Source: a virus (Duplodnaviria; Heunggongvirae; Uroviricota; Caudoviricetes). Taken from it: DNA of 33,922 nucleotides. Numbering within the stretch: the first letter of the stretch is position 1; every line of letters begins with the position of its first letter. Under the pieces are notes generated by a model. It did no database searches, was not told where the DNA came from, and saw nothing but the letters and a program-made list of their open reading frames with translations. Both the position numbers and the translations under genes were made by a program. This document shows, one piece after another, positions 1 to 9,353 of this stretch. The stretch is taken from the IMG/VR virus record IMGVR_UViG_2630968639_000008; one strand, given 5' to 3'.

Positions 1-990
1 GGTCAGGTACGCATTACAGGCGATGCGCGGCTCCGTGCCGCCAAAGCCGTCCGGCACCGACTGGTCGCAATTCTGGCCGATGACATACAGCGCCCATTTA
101 TCCACATCCGCCGCACCAAGACGTTTCCCCATGCCGTAGCGCGGATGGGTCAGCATATCCCACAGACACCAGGCCATGTTGTTGCTGTATGCCGGTTTTA
201 ACGTTCCGTCCCAGATACCGCTGTATTGCCGCGTCTGCGGGTTATAGTTCGACGGCACCTGCAGAATGCGCCCGCGCAGATGATAATTACGGCTCACCTG
301 CTGGCTGCCGAACTGCTCCGAATCCACCTGCACGCCGACCAGTGCCGTGTTCGGGTAGCACTGTTTCACATCGATGATTTCGGTGTATGACGACCAGAGC
401 GTTTTGTTCTGCAGCTGGTCTGTGGTGCTGTCCGGCGTCATCCTGCGCATCCGTATATTGAACGGGCGCGGCGGCAGGTTATCCACCACCACCGAGGCCA
501 GATACTGCGAGGTGGTTTTGCCCTTAATGGTGATGTCTTTTTCCGTCACCCAGCCACCATTACGCTGTATCTGAACCAGCAGGCGGACTTCCGACGGATT
601 CCGGTCCCCCTTTGAGGTGGTTTCCACCAGTGCCTGTACACCGAAGGTAAAGCGCAGACGGTCGATGTTTGCCGACGTGATGGTCCGGGTGATCGGCGTG
701 TCATATTTCACTTCCGTACCCAGCACCGTCTCGGAGCCGGAGGATTCAAATCCCTCCGGCGGTGACTGCTCCTGCTCACCGGCCCGGAACACCACCGTGA
801 CGCCGGAGATGTTGGTATTCCCCTCACTGTCCAGCACCGGCGTACTGTTCAGCAGCACGCTTTTTAATCCGTCCACCGGACCTTCAACCGGCCCTTCGCT
901 GATGGCATCGATCACACTCAGCAGCTGCGTGGACTTCAGGTTGTCCTTCGCTTCGCGCGGGGTATGCCCCTTACTGCTGCCTTTACCCAT
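1..990 (-). CDS. J: Tail tip / host-specificity protein J, N-terminal 330 codons (partial; continues past window start)
   Basis: Minus-strand ATG at 990..988 just downstream of I; hand translation gives MGKGSSKGHTPREAKDNLKST... and ...SVPDGFGGTEPRIACNAYLT at the window edge in the same frame; matches recalled lambda J N-terminus. No complete ORF in the track because the stop lies outside the window. Confidence 0.85.
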   Translation of the reverse strand, partial: MGKGSSKGHTPREAKDNLKSTQLLSVIDAISEGPVEGPVDGLKSVLLNSTPVLDSEGNTNISGVTVVFRAGEQEQSPPEGFESSGSETVLGTEVKYDTPITRTITSANIDRLRFTFGVQALVETTSKGDRNPSEVRLLVQIQRNGGWVTEKDITIKGKTTSQYLASVVVDNLPPRPFNIRMRRMTPDSTTDQLQNKTLWSSYTEIIDVKQCYPNTALVGVQVDSEQFGSQQVSRNYHLRGRILQVPSNYNPQTRQYSGIWDGTLKPAYSNNMAWCLWDMLTHPRYGMGKRLGAADVDKWALYVIGQNCDQSVPDGFGGTEPRIACNAYLT

Positions 991-1012
991 TCCTCACGCT
1001 CCATAAACGACA

Positions 1013-1032
1013 AAACCGCCCGCAGGCGGTTT
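1013..1032 (-). other. 8-bp stem hairpin (AAACCGCC / GGCGGTTT) between I stop and J start
   Basis: Perfect inverted repeat seen in sequence, followed on the minus strand by a T-containing tract and the J ribosome-binding site; possible attenuator or RNA stability element. Confidence 0.35.
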
Positions 1033-1050
1033 CACATAAAACATTTTGCA

Positions 1051-1722
1051 TCAGCGACCAATCACCACAACCTGACCACCATCCCCTTCGTCTGCCGTGC
1101 TGATCTCCTGAGAAACCACGCGTGACCCCACGCGCATTTCCCCGTACAGAACAGGCAGAACATTGCCCTGGGCAACCATGTTATCCAGTGAGGAGAAATA
1201 GGTGTTCTGCTTACCGTTATCCGTTGTCTGTGTACGGGGAGTTCTGGCTTTCGGTGCCAGCATCTGCGCCACACCACCGAGCACCATACTGGCACCGAGA
1301 GAAAACAGGATGCCGGTCATACCACCGGCCCCAATGGCTGCCCCCCATGCTGCAAGGGTGGCTCCGGCGGTAAAGAATGATCCGGCAATGGCGGCAGCCC
1401 CCAGGACAATCTGGAATACGCCACCTGACTTGGCCCCGGCGACTCTGGGAACAATATGAATCACAGCGCCATCAGGCAGAGTCTCATGTAACTGCGCCGT
1501 TAACCCGGACGTGCTGACGTCCCGCCCGGCAATCCGTACCTGATACCAGCCGTCGCTCAGTTTCTGACGAAACGCCGGGAGCTGTGTGGCCAGTGCCCGG
1601 ATGGCTTCAGCCCCCGTTTTCACACGAAGGTCGATGCGGCGACCAAATCGTTGTAAATCCCCGTAAAGGCAGATGCGCGCCATGCCCGGTGACGCCAGAG
1701 GGAGTGTGTGCGTCGCTGCCAT
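1051..1722 (-). CDS. I: Tail assembly protein I
   Basis: 223-aa ORF with the same length and recalled sequence as lambda gpI; sits between K and J in lambda order. Confidence 0.9.
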   Translation of the reverse strand: MAATHTLPLASPGMARICLYGDLQRFGRRIDLRVKTGAEAIRALATQLPAFRQKLSDGWYQVRIAGRDVSTSGLTAQLHETLPDGAVIHIVPRVAGAKSGGVFQIVLGAAAIAGSFFTAGATLAAWGAAIGAGGMTGILFSLGASMVLGGVAQMLAPKARTPRTQTTDNGKQNTYFSSLDNMVAQGNVLPVLYGEMRVGSRVVSQEISTADEGDGGQVVVIGR

Positions 1723-2372
1723 TTGTCGGTGTACCTCTCTCGTTTGCTCAGTTGTTCAGGAATATGGTGCAGCAGCTCGCCGTCGCCGCAGTAAATTGCG
1801 GCGTGATTCGGCACCGATGAACCAAAACAGCACAGCAGCACATCGCCCGGCTGTGCCGCTGACAACGGCACCTGATACAGCCCCGTCGCCTCCAGATTAT
1901 CCAGATAGAGATTCTGGCCGTTACGCCACCAGTCATCCTCACGATGAAAGTCCGGCATCTCAATCCCCGCCAGATGATAAGCATCCCGGAACAGTGTGTA
2001 ACAGTCCGTCACACCGTGCTCAAAGCGCCGCCAGGTGAGATGCGGCACACAGCGGAACTTATGAATCGTCCCCCGGCAGACCAGCCACCACGGCAAATCA
2101 CTCTGCACCTGCAGCCGCCGGTCGGCCTCACTCAGCCAGGGCAGACCACCGGGATGGCTGTGGACCAGCGCCACAATCTCACCCTGCATTTCTGCCTGCA
2201 GCCAGTCTTCCGGCGACATCCGGAAATAATCCTCCGGCTCACCGGAGATATTCACGCAGGGAAAATATCTTTCCCCCTCCGGTGTTCTCACCACGAAGCC
2301 GCACGACTCCGCTGGCGCACATCGCCGGGCGTGCGCCAGAATCGCTGATTCTGTCTGTGTCATGGGATTCAC
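1620..2372 (-). CDS. K: Tail tip assembly protein K (JAB/MPN plus NlpC/P60-like)
   Basis: ORF contains HSHPGG...SEAD (JAMM-like) and a DCYTLF Cys motif; ATGA overlap with the L stop at 2369-2372. The true start may be the internal Met at 2219, giving 199 aa as I recall for lambda K. Confidence 0.8.
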   Translation of the reverse strand: MNPMTQTESAILAHARRCAPAESCGFVVRTPEGERYFPCVNISGEPEDYFRMSPEDWLQAEMQGEIVALVHSHPGGLPWLSEADRRLQVQSDLPWWLVCRGTIHKFRCVPHLTWRRFEHGVTDCYTLFRDAYHLAGIEMPDFHREDDWWRNGQNLYLDNLEATGLYQVPLSAAQPGDVLLCCFGSSVPNHAAIYCGDGELLHHIPEQLSKRERYTDKWQRRTHSLWRHRAWRASAFTGIYNDLVAASTFV

Positions 2373-3067
2373 TGCGAAAGTTTGTTAATGGAAAGGAAGC
2401 CGCCAAAGTTGCCGACGTTATTGCGAAACTTACAGCCGCTCAGGCATTTGCTGCATTTATCCTTCGTGATATCGGACGTCGGCTGATCATATTCATCCGC
2501 AACTGCCGGACCGTGATAACCGCACTCATCACCGCGATAGGTCCAGGTGCAGGTGTTGGCCAGCATGATACGTCCCGGAAAAACAGCGCCATCCGTTTCC
2601 GTCGGCGTGGACAGTACAAAGGAGGCACTCACCGCGCTCAGTTCGCTGCACTGCTCGATGCGCCAGCGGCTGATCACCTCCTGCTCCGGATCGGCGTCAC
2701 TGTTTCCGTTGATGAAGCTCACCGCATCCAGAAAACGGGCGTAAACCTTACGCCGGACCACCGTTCCGCCGACCAGACTCTGCAGATCTTCCGCCATCCC
2801 GGTGACCATACCGTACAGGTTAGAAACCGTCAGCGTGGGGCGCGTACTGGTGCCTTTGCCATTCAGTTCAAAACCACTCCCCTGAATGGGATACGGCTGA
2901 TACTGTCGCCGCTGCCAGGTGACCGGCTCACCTTTTTCGTTCTGCTCATTACAGAAAAAATAACGTTCTCCACCGACCTCTGTCAGGTCGATTTCCCAGA
3001 GCACCACGCTGGCCGACTGCTCCGCACGGGTGCATTCATTCAGTGTTTCCTGCCGGATATCCTGCAT
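2369..3067 (-). CDS. L: Tail tip assembly protein L (C-terminal Cys cluster)
   Basis: 232-aa ORF ending in CSKCLSGCKFRNN; length and order match lambda L. Confidence 0.9.
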   Translation of the reverse strand: MQDIRQETLNECTRAEQSASVVLWEIDLTEVGGERYFFCNEQNEKGEPVTWQRRQYQPYPIQGSGFELNGKGTSTRPTLTVSNLYGMVTGMAEDLQSLVGGTVVRRKVYARFLDAVSFINGNSDADPEQEVISRWRIEQCSELSAVSASFVLSTPTETDGAVFPGRIMLANTCTWTYRGDECGYHGPAVADEYDQPTSDITKDKCSKCLSGCKFRNNVGNFGGFLSINKLSQ

Positions 3068-3396
3068 CAGTTCACCACCTGTTCAAACTCTGCGCTGAAC
3101 TCAACACGCAGCATACTGACCCGCGACGACCATTTTGCGCAGGTCACCTTTATCTGCCTGTAACCATAAGGCGGCGTCCACAGAAAGGCCTTCCAGCCCC
3201 CGTGCTCAGCCAGAAACAACTCCAGCGCCGTGGCCTCCTCACGGGAGGCAGACAGCGTCACGCTGTACGTTTTCAGGTCAGCGTTCAGCCCGGCAGGCGC
3301 ACGCTGGGAATAGCCATCACCAAAGCGCACCTTTCTTACAGAAGGGGCCGAAGCCACATCCATACCGGGTTTCACTTTCCAGCGGAAGGTTTTCAT
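3067..3396 (-). CDS. M: Tail assembly protein M
   Basis: 109-aa ORF, same length and position as lambda M; 4-nt overlap with H. Confidence 0.9.
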   Translation of the reverse strand: MKTFRWKVKPGMDVASAPSVRKVRFGDGYSQRAPAGLNADLKTYSVTLSASREEATALELFLAEHGGWKAFLWTPPYGYRQIKVTCAKWSSRVSMLRVEFSAEFEQVVN

Positions 3397-5972
3397 CGTC
3401 CACCTCCGGAGAACAGGCCACCATCACGCATCTGTGTCTGAATTTCATCACGGGCACCCTTGCGGGCCATGTCATACACTGCCTTCATCATCTGTGGACC
3501 TGGCAGACCATTCGTACCGTCGTTCTGAATCACCACGTGATTGTTCTGATTAAAATTAATGCCTTCAGCCCGCCGCATCTGCGCCGGACTTCCGGCACCG
3601 CCCACATAACCACCTTCCGCATAGCCCCGCATCAGGCGGTACAGGTTGCCGACACCAATCCGGCTGGTTGCCTCCTTCGTGAAGACAAATTCACCACGGT
3701 GAACAATCCCCGCTGGCTCATATTTGCCGCCGGTTCCCGTAAATCCCCCGGTCGCAAAATGGAATTTCGCCGCAGCTGCCTGAATGGCTGTACCGCCTGA
3801 CGCGGATGCGCCGCCACCAACAGCCCCGCCAATGGCGCTGCCGATACTCCCGACAATCCCCACCATTGCCTGCTTAAGCAGAATTTCTGTCATCATGGAC
3901 AGCACGGAACGGGTGAAGCTGCGCCAGTTCTGCTCACTGCCGGTCAGCATCGCCGCCATATTCTGTGCAATACCATCAAAGGTCTGCGTGGCAGCACTTT
4001 TAACCTGCGACATACTGTCCGTGGCGCTCTCTTCCCACTCACTCCAGCCGGACTTCAGGCCTGCCATCCAGCTCCCGCGAAGCTGGTCTTCAGCCGCCCA
4101 GGTCTTTTTCTGCTCTGACATGACGTTATTCAGCGCCAGCGGATTATCGCCATACTGTTCCTTCAGGCGCTGTTCCGTGGCTTCCCGTTCTGCCTGCCGG
4201 TCAGTCAGCCCCCGGCTTTTCGCATCAATGGCGGCCCGTTTTGCCCGTTGCTGCTGTGCGAATTTATCCGCCTGCTGCGCCAGCGCGTTCAGGCGCTCCT
4301 GATACGTAACCTTGTCGCCAAGTGCAGCCAGCTGGCGTTTGTACTCCAGCGTCTCATCTTTATGCGCCAGCAGGGATTTCTCCTGTGCAGACAGCTGGCG
4401 ACGTTGCGCCGCCTCCTCCAGTACCGCGAACTGACTCTCCGCCTTCCACAAATCCCGGAGCTGCTGGCTGATTTTCTCATTTGCTCCGGCATGCCTCTCC
4501 AGCGTCCGGAGTTCAGCCTGAAGCGTCAGCAGGGCAGCATGAGCACTGTCTTCCTGACGATCGCCCGCAGACACCTTCACGCCGGACTGTTTCGGCTTTT
4601 TCAGCGTCGCTTCATAATCCTTTTTCGCTGCCGCCATCAGCGTGTTGTAATCTGCCTGCAGGATTTTTCCGTCTTTCAGTGCCTTGTTCAGTTCTTCCTG
4701 ACGGGCGGTATATTTCTCCAGCGGAGTCTGCAGACGTTCGTAAGCCTTCTGCGCCTCTTCGGTATATTTCAGCCGTGATGCCTCAGACTCAGCACGATCT
4801 TTTGCTGCCATCTCACTGGCCTTTTCAAGATCTGCCTGCAATGTGGCGGCTGAAAGACCAAGTTGCGCATTCGCCCTGTCCTCCCATGCGCCACGGAGAT
4901 TGGCAAGAAATGCTGAGGTTTTACCACGCCGGTGGCTCCGGCTCTGATACCACTGCCATTTCTTGTCCGCTTCATCAAAAGCCTTTTCTGCTTTCTCCAG
5001 CATTTCCCGGGCAGTGTCCGGGCGACCAATATCCAGCACCGAATCCCACATGGATTTAAATGCCCGTGCTGTCTTATCTGCCCAGGTCTCCAGCGTGCCC
5101 ATGTTATCTTTCAGGCGGCGGGTCTGGTCATCAAACCCTTTCCTTGCGGCCTCGTTCGCCGCCTGCAATGCCCCGGCTTCATCGCCGGAACGCTGCAACT
5201 GAGCAACATACGCAATCTGCTCCGCTGTCACGTTATGGAACTGGCGCGCCATCGCCGTCAGCCCCGACGTCGGGTCTGTGGTCAGCTTCCCGAAGGCTTC
5301 AGCAACCTTGTCCACCTCCACGCCCGATGCAGAGGAGAAACGCGCCACACTCTGGCTGATCGCCTCAAACTGCTCACCACCACGCACACCGGCATTCACC
5401 AGCGCCGTCAGAGACTCGCTGGTCTGGTTAAACGTCAGCCCTGCCGCCTGCCCGGCTCTGGACAGGACCAGCATACGATCTGCCGTCAGTCCCGCCTGAT
5501 TGCCGGAAAGGACCAGCGTTTTGTTGAAATCGGACAGGGTTGAGTTGCCCTGATACCAGGCATACGCCAGCGCACCGGTCGCCACCGCCAGCGAGGTGGC
5601 CCCCACCATCGGCAGGGTGATCGCACCGGCAAGCCCCCTGAACATGGGGATCATCCCGCCGAAGGAGTCCTTAACCTGACCACCCTGTTGCAGCAGGATC
5701 AGCCACGGACTTTGCCCGCCTGCAAGCTGCGTGGCCACGTCGGTGAACTGTGCAGGCAGCATACGCATGGCGGCTTTATACTGCCCGACGGAAATCCCCG
5801 CTTTCTGTGCAGCCAGCGCCTGTCGGCTCAGCGACTGTTCAACGACTGCCGCTGTTTTTTTCGCATCACTTTCCGTACCGGAAAAATGACGCCTGACTCT
5901 GGCCATCTGCTCGTCAAATCTGGCCGCATCCAGACTCAAATCAACGACCAGATCGCCTACCGGTTCAGCCAT
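3393..5972 (-). CDS. H: Tail tape measure protein H
   Basis: 859-aa ORF, coiled-coil rich with a Gly-rich C-terminal region; N- and C-terminal stretches match recalled lambda H. Numerous antisense ORFs inside it are treated as spurious. Confidence 0.9.
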   Translation of the reverse strand: MAEPVGDLVVDLSLDAARFDEQMARVRRHFSGTESDAKKTAAVVEQSLSRQALAAQKAGISVGQYKAAMRMLPAQFTDVATQLAGGQSPWLILLQQGGQVKDSFGGMIPMFRGLAGAITLPMVGATSLAVATGALAYAWYQGNSTLSDFNKTLVLSGNQAGLTADRMLVLSRAGQAAGLTFNQTSESLTALVNAGVRGGEQFEAISQSVARFSSASGVEVDKVAEAFGKLTTDPTSGLTAMARQFHNVTAEQIAYVAQLQRSGDEAGALQAANEAARKGFDDQTRRLKDNMGTLETWADKTARAFKSMWDSVLDIGRPDTAREMLEKAEKAFDEADKKWQWYQSRSHRRGKTSAFLANLRGAWEDRANAQLGLSAATLQADLEKASEMAAKDRAESEASRLKYTEEAQKAYERLQTPLEKYTARQEELNKALKDGKILQADYNTLMAAAKKDYEATLKKPKQSGVKVSAGDRQEDSAHAALLTLQAELRTLERHAGANEKISQQLRDLWKAESQFAVLEEAAQRRQLSAQEKSLLAHKDETLEYKRQLAALGDKVTYQERLNALAQQADKFAQQQRAKRAAIDAKSRGLTDRQAEREATEQRLKEQYGDNPLALNNVMSEQKKTWAAEDQLRGSWMAGLKSGWSEWEESATDSMSQVKSAATQTFDGIAQNMAAMLTGSEQNWRSFTRSVLSMMTEILLKQAMVGIVGSIGSAIGGAVGGGASASGGTAIQAAAAKFHFATGGFTGTGGKYEPAGIVHRGEFVFTKEATSRIGVGNLYRLMRGYAEGGYVGGAGSPAQMRRAEGINFNQNNHVVIQNDGTNGLPGPQMMKAVYDMARKGARDEIQTQMRDGGLFSGGGR

Positions 5973-6803
5973 ACCGGACTCCTCCTGCGATCCCTTCTGA
6001 TACTGTCATCAGCATTACGTCATCCTCCGTCATGTCCGCCACATCCGGGGAAGCGGGGATAACTTCATTCCCGTCCGGGCCAAAACGAACGCCTCCGGCA
6101 AGCCCTGCCGCTTTCTGCATCAGCACATCATCTTCAGGCTCTTCGTCAGCCTCGCGCCGGTTCAGCAGACTGAAATCCAGCGGATGCATCTCCGGATCGC
6201 TGAAAAACAGGCTGAGCACGGTGTACGTCAGCCCGGAAAAGTGCATATCCAGCAGAACATCATGAAAATAATGGGTACTGTAAAAGCGGTGCCAGTCGGC
6301 ATACTCCGTGGATGACATCCCGGCAAGCATGGCGCGCCAGTCGGGTCGCCCCATCTCACGCGCCAGTTTCAGGGCAAAACTCAGCTCACCGTCGAACACT
6401 TTCCCGCAGAAACAGGCTCTGCAGGCCCGGCGTCCTCTGCCTGTTCAGGAGCATCATTCACCACAAACTCATACATACCGGACAGCCGGTACACCACGTT
6501 TTCAGCATGAGAAATTGCCTCTGTGGGCCAGGTGGTAAGCACTTCCTGCTCAATCTGTTTAACGGCTTCATTCATGGAAGGCAGCTTTGTCTTCTTCGGA
6601 TGGTTATGCCACAGGGACATCGCCACCAGAAACGCGCCGGTTCTGATGGCGTCTTCCACAGTAAACTTCCGGTTGCTGTCTGACTCCGCCTGTTCTGCCT
6701 GCCGTTTCATCAGGTCGAGATGCTCAATACGCTGCAGGGCTGACAGTTCAGAAAGCGTGACGGTCACACCGTTATGTTCAAATGATTCGGTTTTCAGGAA
6801 CAT
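5965..6803 (-). CDS. T: Tail assembly chaperone G-T fusion made by programmed -1 ribosomal frameshift
   Basis: The -1 frame ORF 5965..6399 overlaps the 3' end of G; slippery heptamer GGGAAAG lies at minus-strand 6405..6399, 16 nt before the G stop; the -1 reading continues as ...FDGELSFALKLAREMG (the T domain). Confidence 0.8.
6381..6803 (-). CDS. G: Tail assembly chaperone G
   Basis: 140-aa ORF MFLKTESFEHNGVTVTLSEL...SAGKCSTVS, matching lambda G in length and sequence. Confidence 0.9.
   Translation of the reverse strand: MFLKTESFEHNGVTVTLSELSALQRIEHLDLMKRQAEQAESDSNRKFTVEDAIRTGAFLVAMSLWHNHPKKTKLPSMNEAVKQIEQEVLTTWPTEAISHAENVVYRLSGMYEFVVNDAPEQAEDAGPAEPVSAGKCSTVS
6399..6405 (-). other. Slippery heptamer G_GGA_AAG for the G/G-T -1 frameshift
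   Basis: Plus strand reads CTTTCCC at 6399-6405, i.e. GGGAAAG on the coding strand, in the 0 frame as G GGA AAG. Confidence 0.8.
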
Positions 6804-6818
6804 CGCTGACTCTCCGGA

Positions 6819-7559
6819 TTAACTGGCGGTGACGTTGATTTCTGCAACCGCAGCAAACTCACCATTACCAGATACGACCGGAATGTTGACCTTGCCTGCA
6901 GCAACACCTTTCACGGTGATGGTCATACCACTGACCGACACGGTGGCTTTTGTTTTATCCGCAGACACCGCACGGAAGCTCTTGTCGGTTGCGCCATCCG
7001 GCTGGAATGCCACGGTCAGCGTGGTGCTCTGCCCTTTCACTACGGAAGCACTGGCGGGTGTCACCGTCATGCCGGTCGTCGCCGTCACCGTGCTGCGATC
7101 TTCTGCCATCGACGGACGTCCCACATTGGTGACCTTCACCGTGCGGGTAATCACTTCCTTCGCCGTCACCGCCTTACCGATACTGCTGACCCAGCCACGG
7201 AACACATCGACCGTGCCGTTCGGGAAGCGGATTTTATAGGCACGGGTATCACCTTCATTAAACCACGCCAGCAGCGCCTGCTGCCCCTGCTCTCCGGGCA
7301 TCCACGCCAGCGTGAAGCTGGTATCTCCGGCAGATTTCTGCCCCTGCCCGGTCGCAGTCCAGTCTGCATCTTCATCATCGAGATAGCTGTCGTCATAGGA
7401 CTCAGCGGTCAGTTCGCCGGGCGTCAGGTCTTTAACTTTTGCCAGACGCGACCAGTCAACGTCTGAAAGCGGATTCGCATAAGGGTCACCGCTTCCCTTA
7501 TAAACCCACAGGGTGGTCCCGGCACCTTTCACCGGCATTACAGGATTTGGTACAGGCAT
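6819..7559 (-). CDS. V: Major tail tube protein V
   Basis: Track ORF trimmed to ATG at 7559 ([16 protein letters not shown]...), 246 aa as in lambda V; C-terminal Ig-like region present. Confidence 0.9.
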   Translation of the reverse strand: MPVPNPVMPVKGAGTTLWVYKGSGDPYANPLSDVDWSRLAKVKDLTPGELTAESYDDSYLDDEDADWTATGQGQKSAGDTSFTLAWMPGEQGQQALLAWFNEGDTRAYKIRFPNGTVDVFRGWVSSIGKAVTAKEVITRTVKVTNVGRPSMAEDRSTVTATTGMTVTPASASVVKGQSTTLTVAFQPDGATDKSFRAVSADKTKATVSVSGMTITVKGVAAGKVNIPVVSGNGEFAAVAEINVTAS

Positions 7560-7566
7560 AGCGTCC

Positions 7567-7962
7567 TCACATTTCATAGGTAATGACATAAGTCAGATCG
7601 GCTGAACTCCACAGGCCCGCATCATCGTCGCGCCGGTAGTCATAGCCGCTGGCCACCATACTGGTGATCAAATCTGACAGTGCCGGGATATCGCTCATCA
7701 CCGGATAAATCCGGGACTCCATCCACGCATCCAGCTCTGAATCCGGCACCTGAGCAGGCAGGAAAACTTCAATATGCAGCTCCGCCTGCCAGGTATCGCT
7801 GTCCAGCTCTTCGCCCGTGTATTCAGCGCCGGTGAGATAAACGGCAATTGCCGGAAAATCTTCCTCATCAAAAACAGCGGGGCGACCATCAAAAAGCGTC
7901 GCCCCGGTGTCATGCTTCTCCAGTGCATCCAGTACGGCTGCACGGAGTTCAGTATGTTTCAT
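7567..7962 (-). CDS. U: Tail terminator protein U
   Basis: 131-aa ORF matching lambda U in length and position. Confidence 0.9.
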   Translation of the reverse strand: MKHTELRAAVLDALEKHDTGATLFDGRPAVFDEEDFPAIAVYLTGAEYTGEELDSDTWQAELHIEVFLPAQVPDSELDAWMESRIYPVMSDIPALSDLITSMVASGYDYRRDDDAGLWSSADLTYVITYEM

Positions 7963-8537
7963 CGCTTTATTACCATTCTCAGTTGATGCTGCAGCGCATA
8001 GCCCAGCTCTTTCGGAAGACGTTCACGCCGTATCCGTTCAATATTTTGTTTAAACGCCGTGGTCAGCGGTACCGCCATCGGGATTTTCACCACATCAATG
8101 GGGTAACGGTTTTTCCCGGCCACACGCTGCATAACATGCCACCGGCCGTTTTTCAGTTGCTGAATAAACGCGCCGGGAATACGACGGTTACCCACCACAA
8201 GCACGCTGCCGCCACCTTTCAGGGATGAACGCTGCCCCTTTTTACGACGCCTGCGGCGGGACAGGACAACCCGCGCATTACCCAGCTTGATTACGGGCAA
8301 ATCCCCCCGGTTAACTTTGATTCTGGCCTGCGGATTTTTGACCGTGGCCCTTTTCAGCCTGGCCCTTTCCTTTACCAGTTTCCGGCGTACCTTTGTCTCA
8401 CGGGCAACCTGTGACGCAGACTGCGATATCGCGGATGAAGCAACGCGGTTAATGGCCATTGCGGCGGCACCGGGCACCGCCGTTTTGCTGATACGGCTGA
8501 GGTTTTCAACGGCCTGCTCAAGACCTTTTATGGCCAT
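7959..8537 (-). CDS. Z: Tail completion protein Z
   Basis: 192-aa basic ORF matching lambda Z. Confidence 0.9.
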   Translation of the reverse strand: MAIKGLEQAVENLSRISKTAVPGAAAMAINRVASSAISQSASQVARETKVRRKLVKERARLKRATVKNPQARIKVNRGDLPVIKLGNARVVLSRRRRRKKGQRSSLKGGGSVLVVGNRRIPGAFIQQLKNGRWHVMQRVAGKNRYPIDVVKIPMAVPLTTAFKQNIERIRRERLPKELGYALQHQLRMVIKR

Positions 8538-8548
8538 ACATCCCCCTT

Positions 8549-8902
8549 TCAGCGGCGACGGTTAACGGCAGGCGGTACGCCCCGTCCAAGCCAGAGATGA
8601 CAACTTCCGCCATCATCCGGCGAAACCCGATCTACCCAGAAATTTTCCTCACCGATGGTCAGCGTGTCTCCACGCCGCAGCTGCCGCACCTCATCAGTCC
8701 GGACAAACAGGGACGGGCTGGAGCCTTCAACGCGCACGCCCTGTCCGGCATAGCTGATATTTTCAGGGTCATCAAAAACACTACGTATCACAGCACCGGA
8801 CTGCTCACCGGATGTCATGGTGGCTGACGTTCCCATGTACCCGCGTATCGTTTCATCGGCGCGGGCAATGGCAGCATCGAACAGGTTATCGAAATCAGCC
8901 AC
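8549..8902 (-). CDS. FII: Head-tail joining protein FII
   Basis: 117-aa ORF MADFDNLFDAAIARADETIRGYMG..., matching lambda FII. Confidence 0.9.
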   Translation of the reverse strand: MADFDNLFDAAIARADETIRGYMGTSATMTSGEQSGAVIRSVFDDPENISYAGQGVRVEGSSPSLFVRTDEVRQLRRGDTLTIGEENFWVDRVSPDDGGSCHLWLGRGVPPAVNRRR

Positions 8903-8913
8903 AGCGCCTCCCG

Positions 8914-9312
8914 TTATTGCATTCTGGCCAGGCCGCGCGCTGTCATTTCAGCTGACACACCGGCAGAGACACGAAACGCCGTTCCCGGCAGCACAAATGC
9001 CACAGGTTCATCCCGCGTGGCGTGAAGTGCATCAGTATGCAGCGTCACCAGTGCCACGACCGTGACCAGTTCAGACGTATCCAGAATCACGGTATCCGGC
9101 TGCGCTGATCCCACCTCATTTTCATGTCCGGTCAGCACATTTTCCCGGCTGAGAGGGGTGTCCTGACCGGCAGTTTCATCCGTGTCATCAAGCTCCTCTT
9201 CCAGCTCTGCCACACGGAGCGCCAGTTCTTCTTTCGTCCCCGTCAGGCTGACATCACGGTTCAGTTGTTCACCCAGCGAGCGGAGACGGGCAATCAGTTC
9301 ATCTTTCGTCAT
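8914..9312 (-). CDS. FI: DNA packaging protein FI
   Basis: Track ORF trimmed to ATG at 9312 (MTKDELIARLRSLGEQ...), 132 aa; GGAGGAG lies just upstream. Confidence 0.85.
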   Translation of the reverse strand: MTKDELIARLRSLGEQLNRDVSLTGTKEELALRVAELEEELDDTDETAGQDTPLSRENVLTGHENEVGSAQPDTVILDTSELVTVVALVTLHTDALHATRDEPVAFVLPGTAFRVSAGVSAEMTARGLARMQ

Positions 9313-9353
9313 GGACTCCTCCACAGAGAGAAAATGGCCCCGAAGGGCCATGA

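Noticed and set aside
1620-2372. Possibility that K is fused or extended (250 aa versus the roughly 199 aa I recall for lambda K)
   Set aside because: The extra N-terminal codons are explained by an upstream in-frame ATG overlapping the L stop; the catalytic motifs are intact. It is a start-site ambiguity, not a gene fusion.
3784-5543. Several long plus-strand ORFs (for example 3784..4302, 4248..4778, 4481..5059, 4932..5543) overlapping the tape-measure gene
   Set aside because: They are antisense to a long conserved ORF (H) and have no independent signals; typical frame artefacts of GC-rich, repetitive coding sequence. The same applies to antisense ORFs inside J, A, B, C, E and the porin gene.
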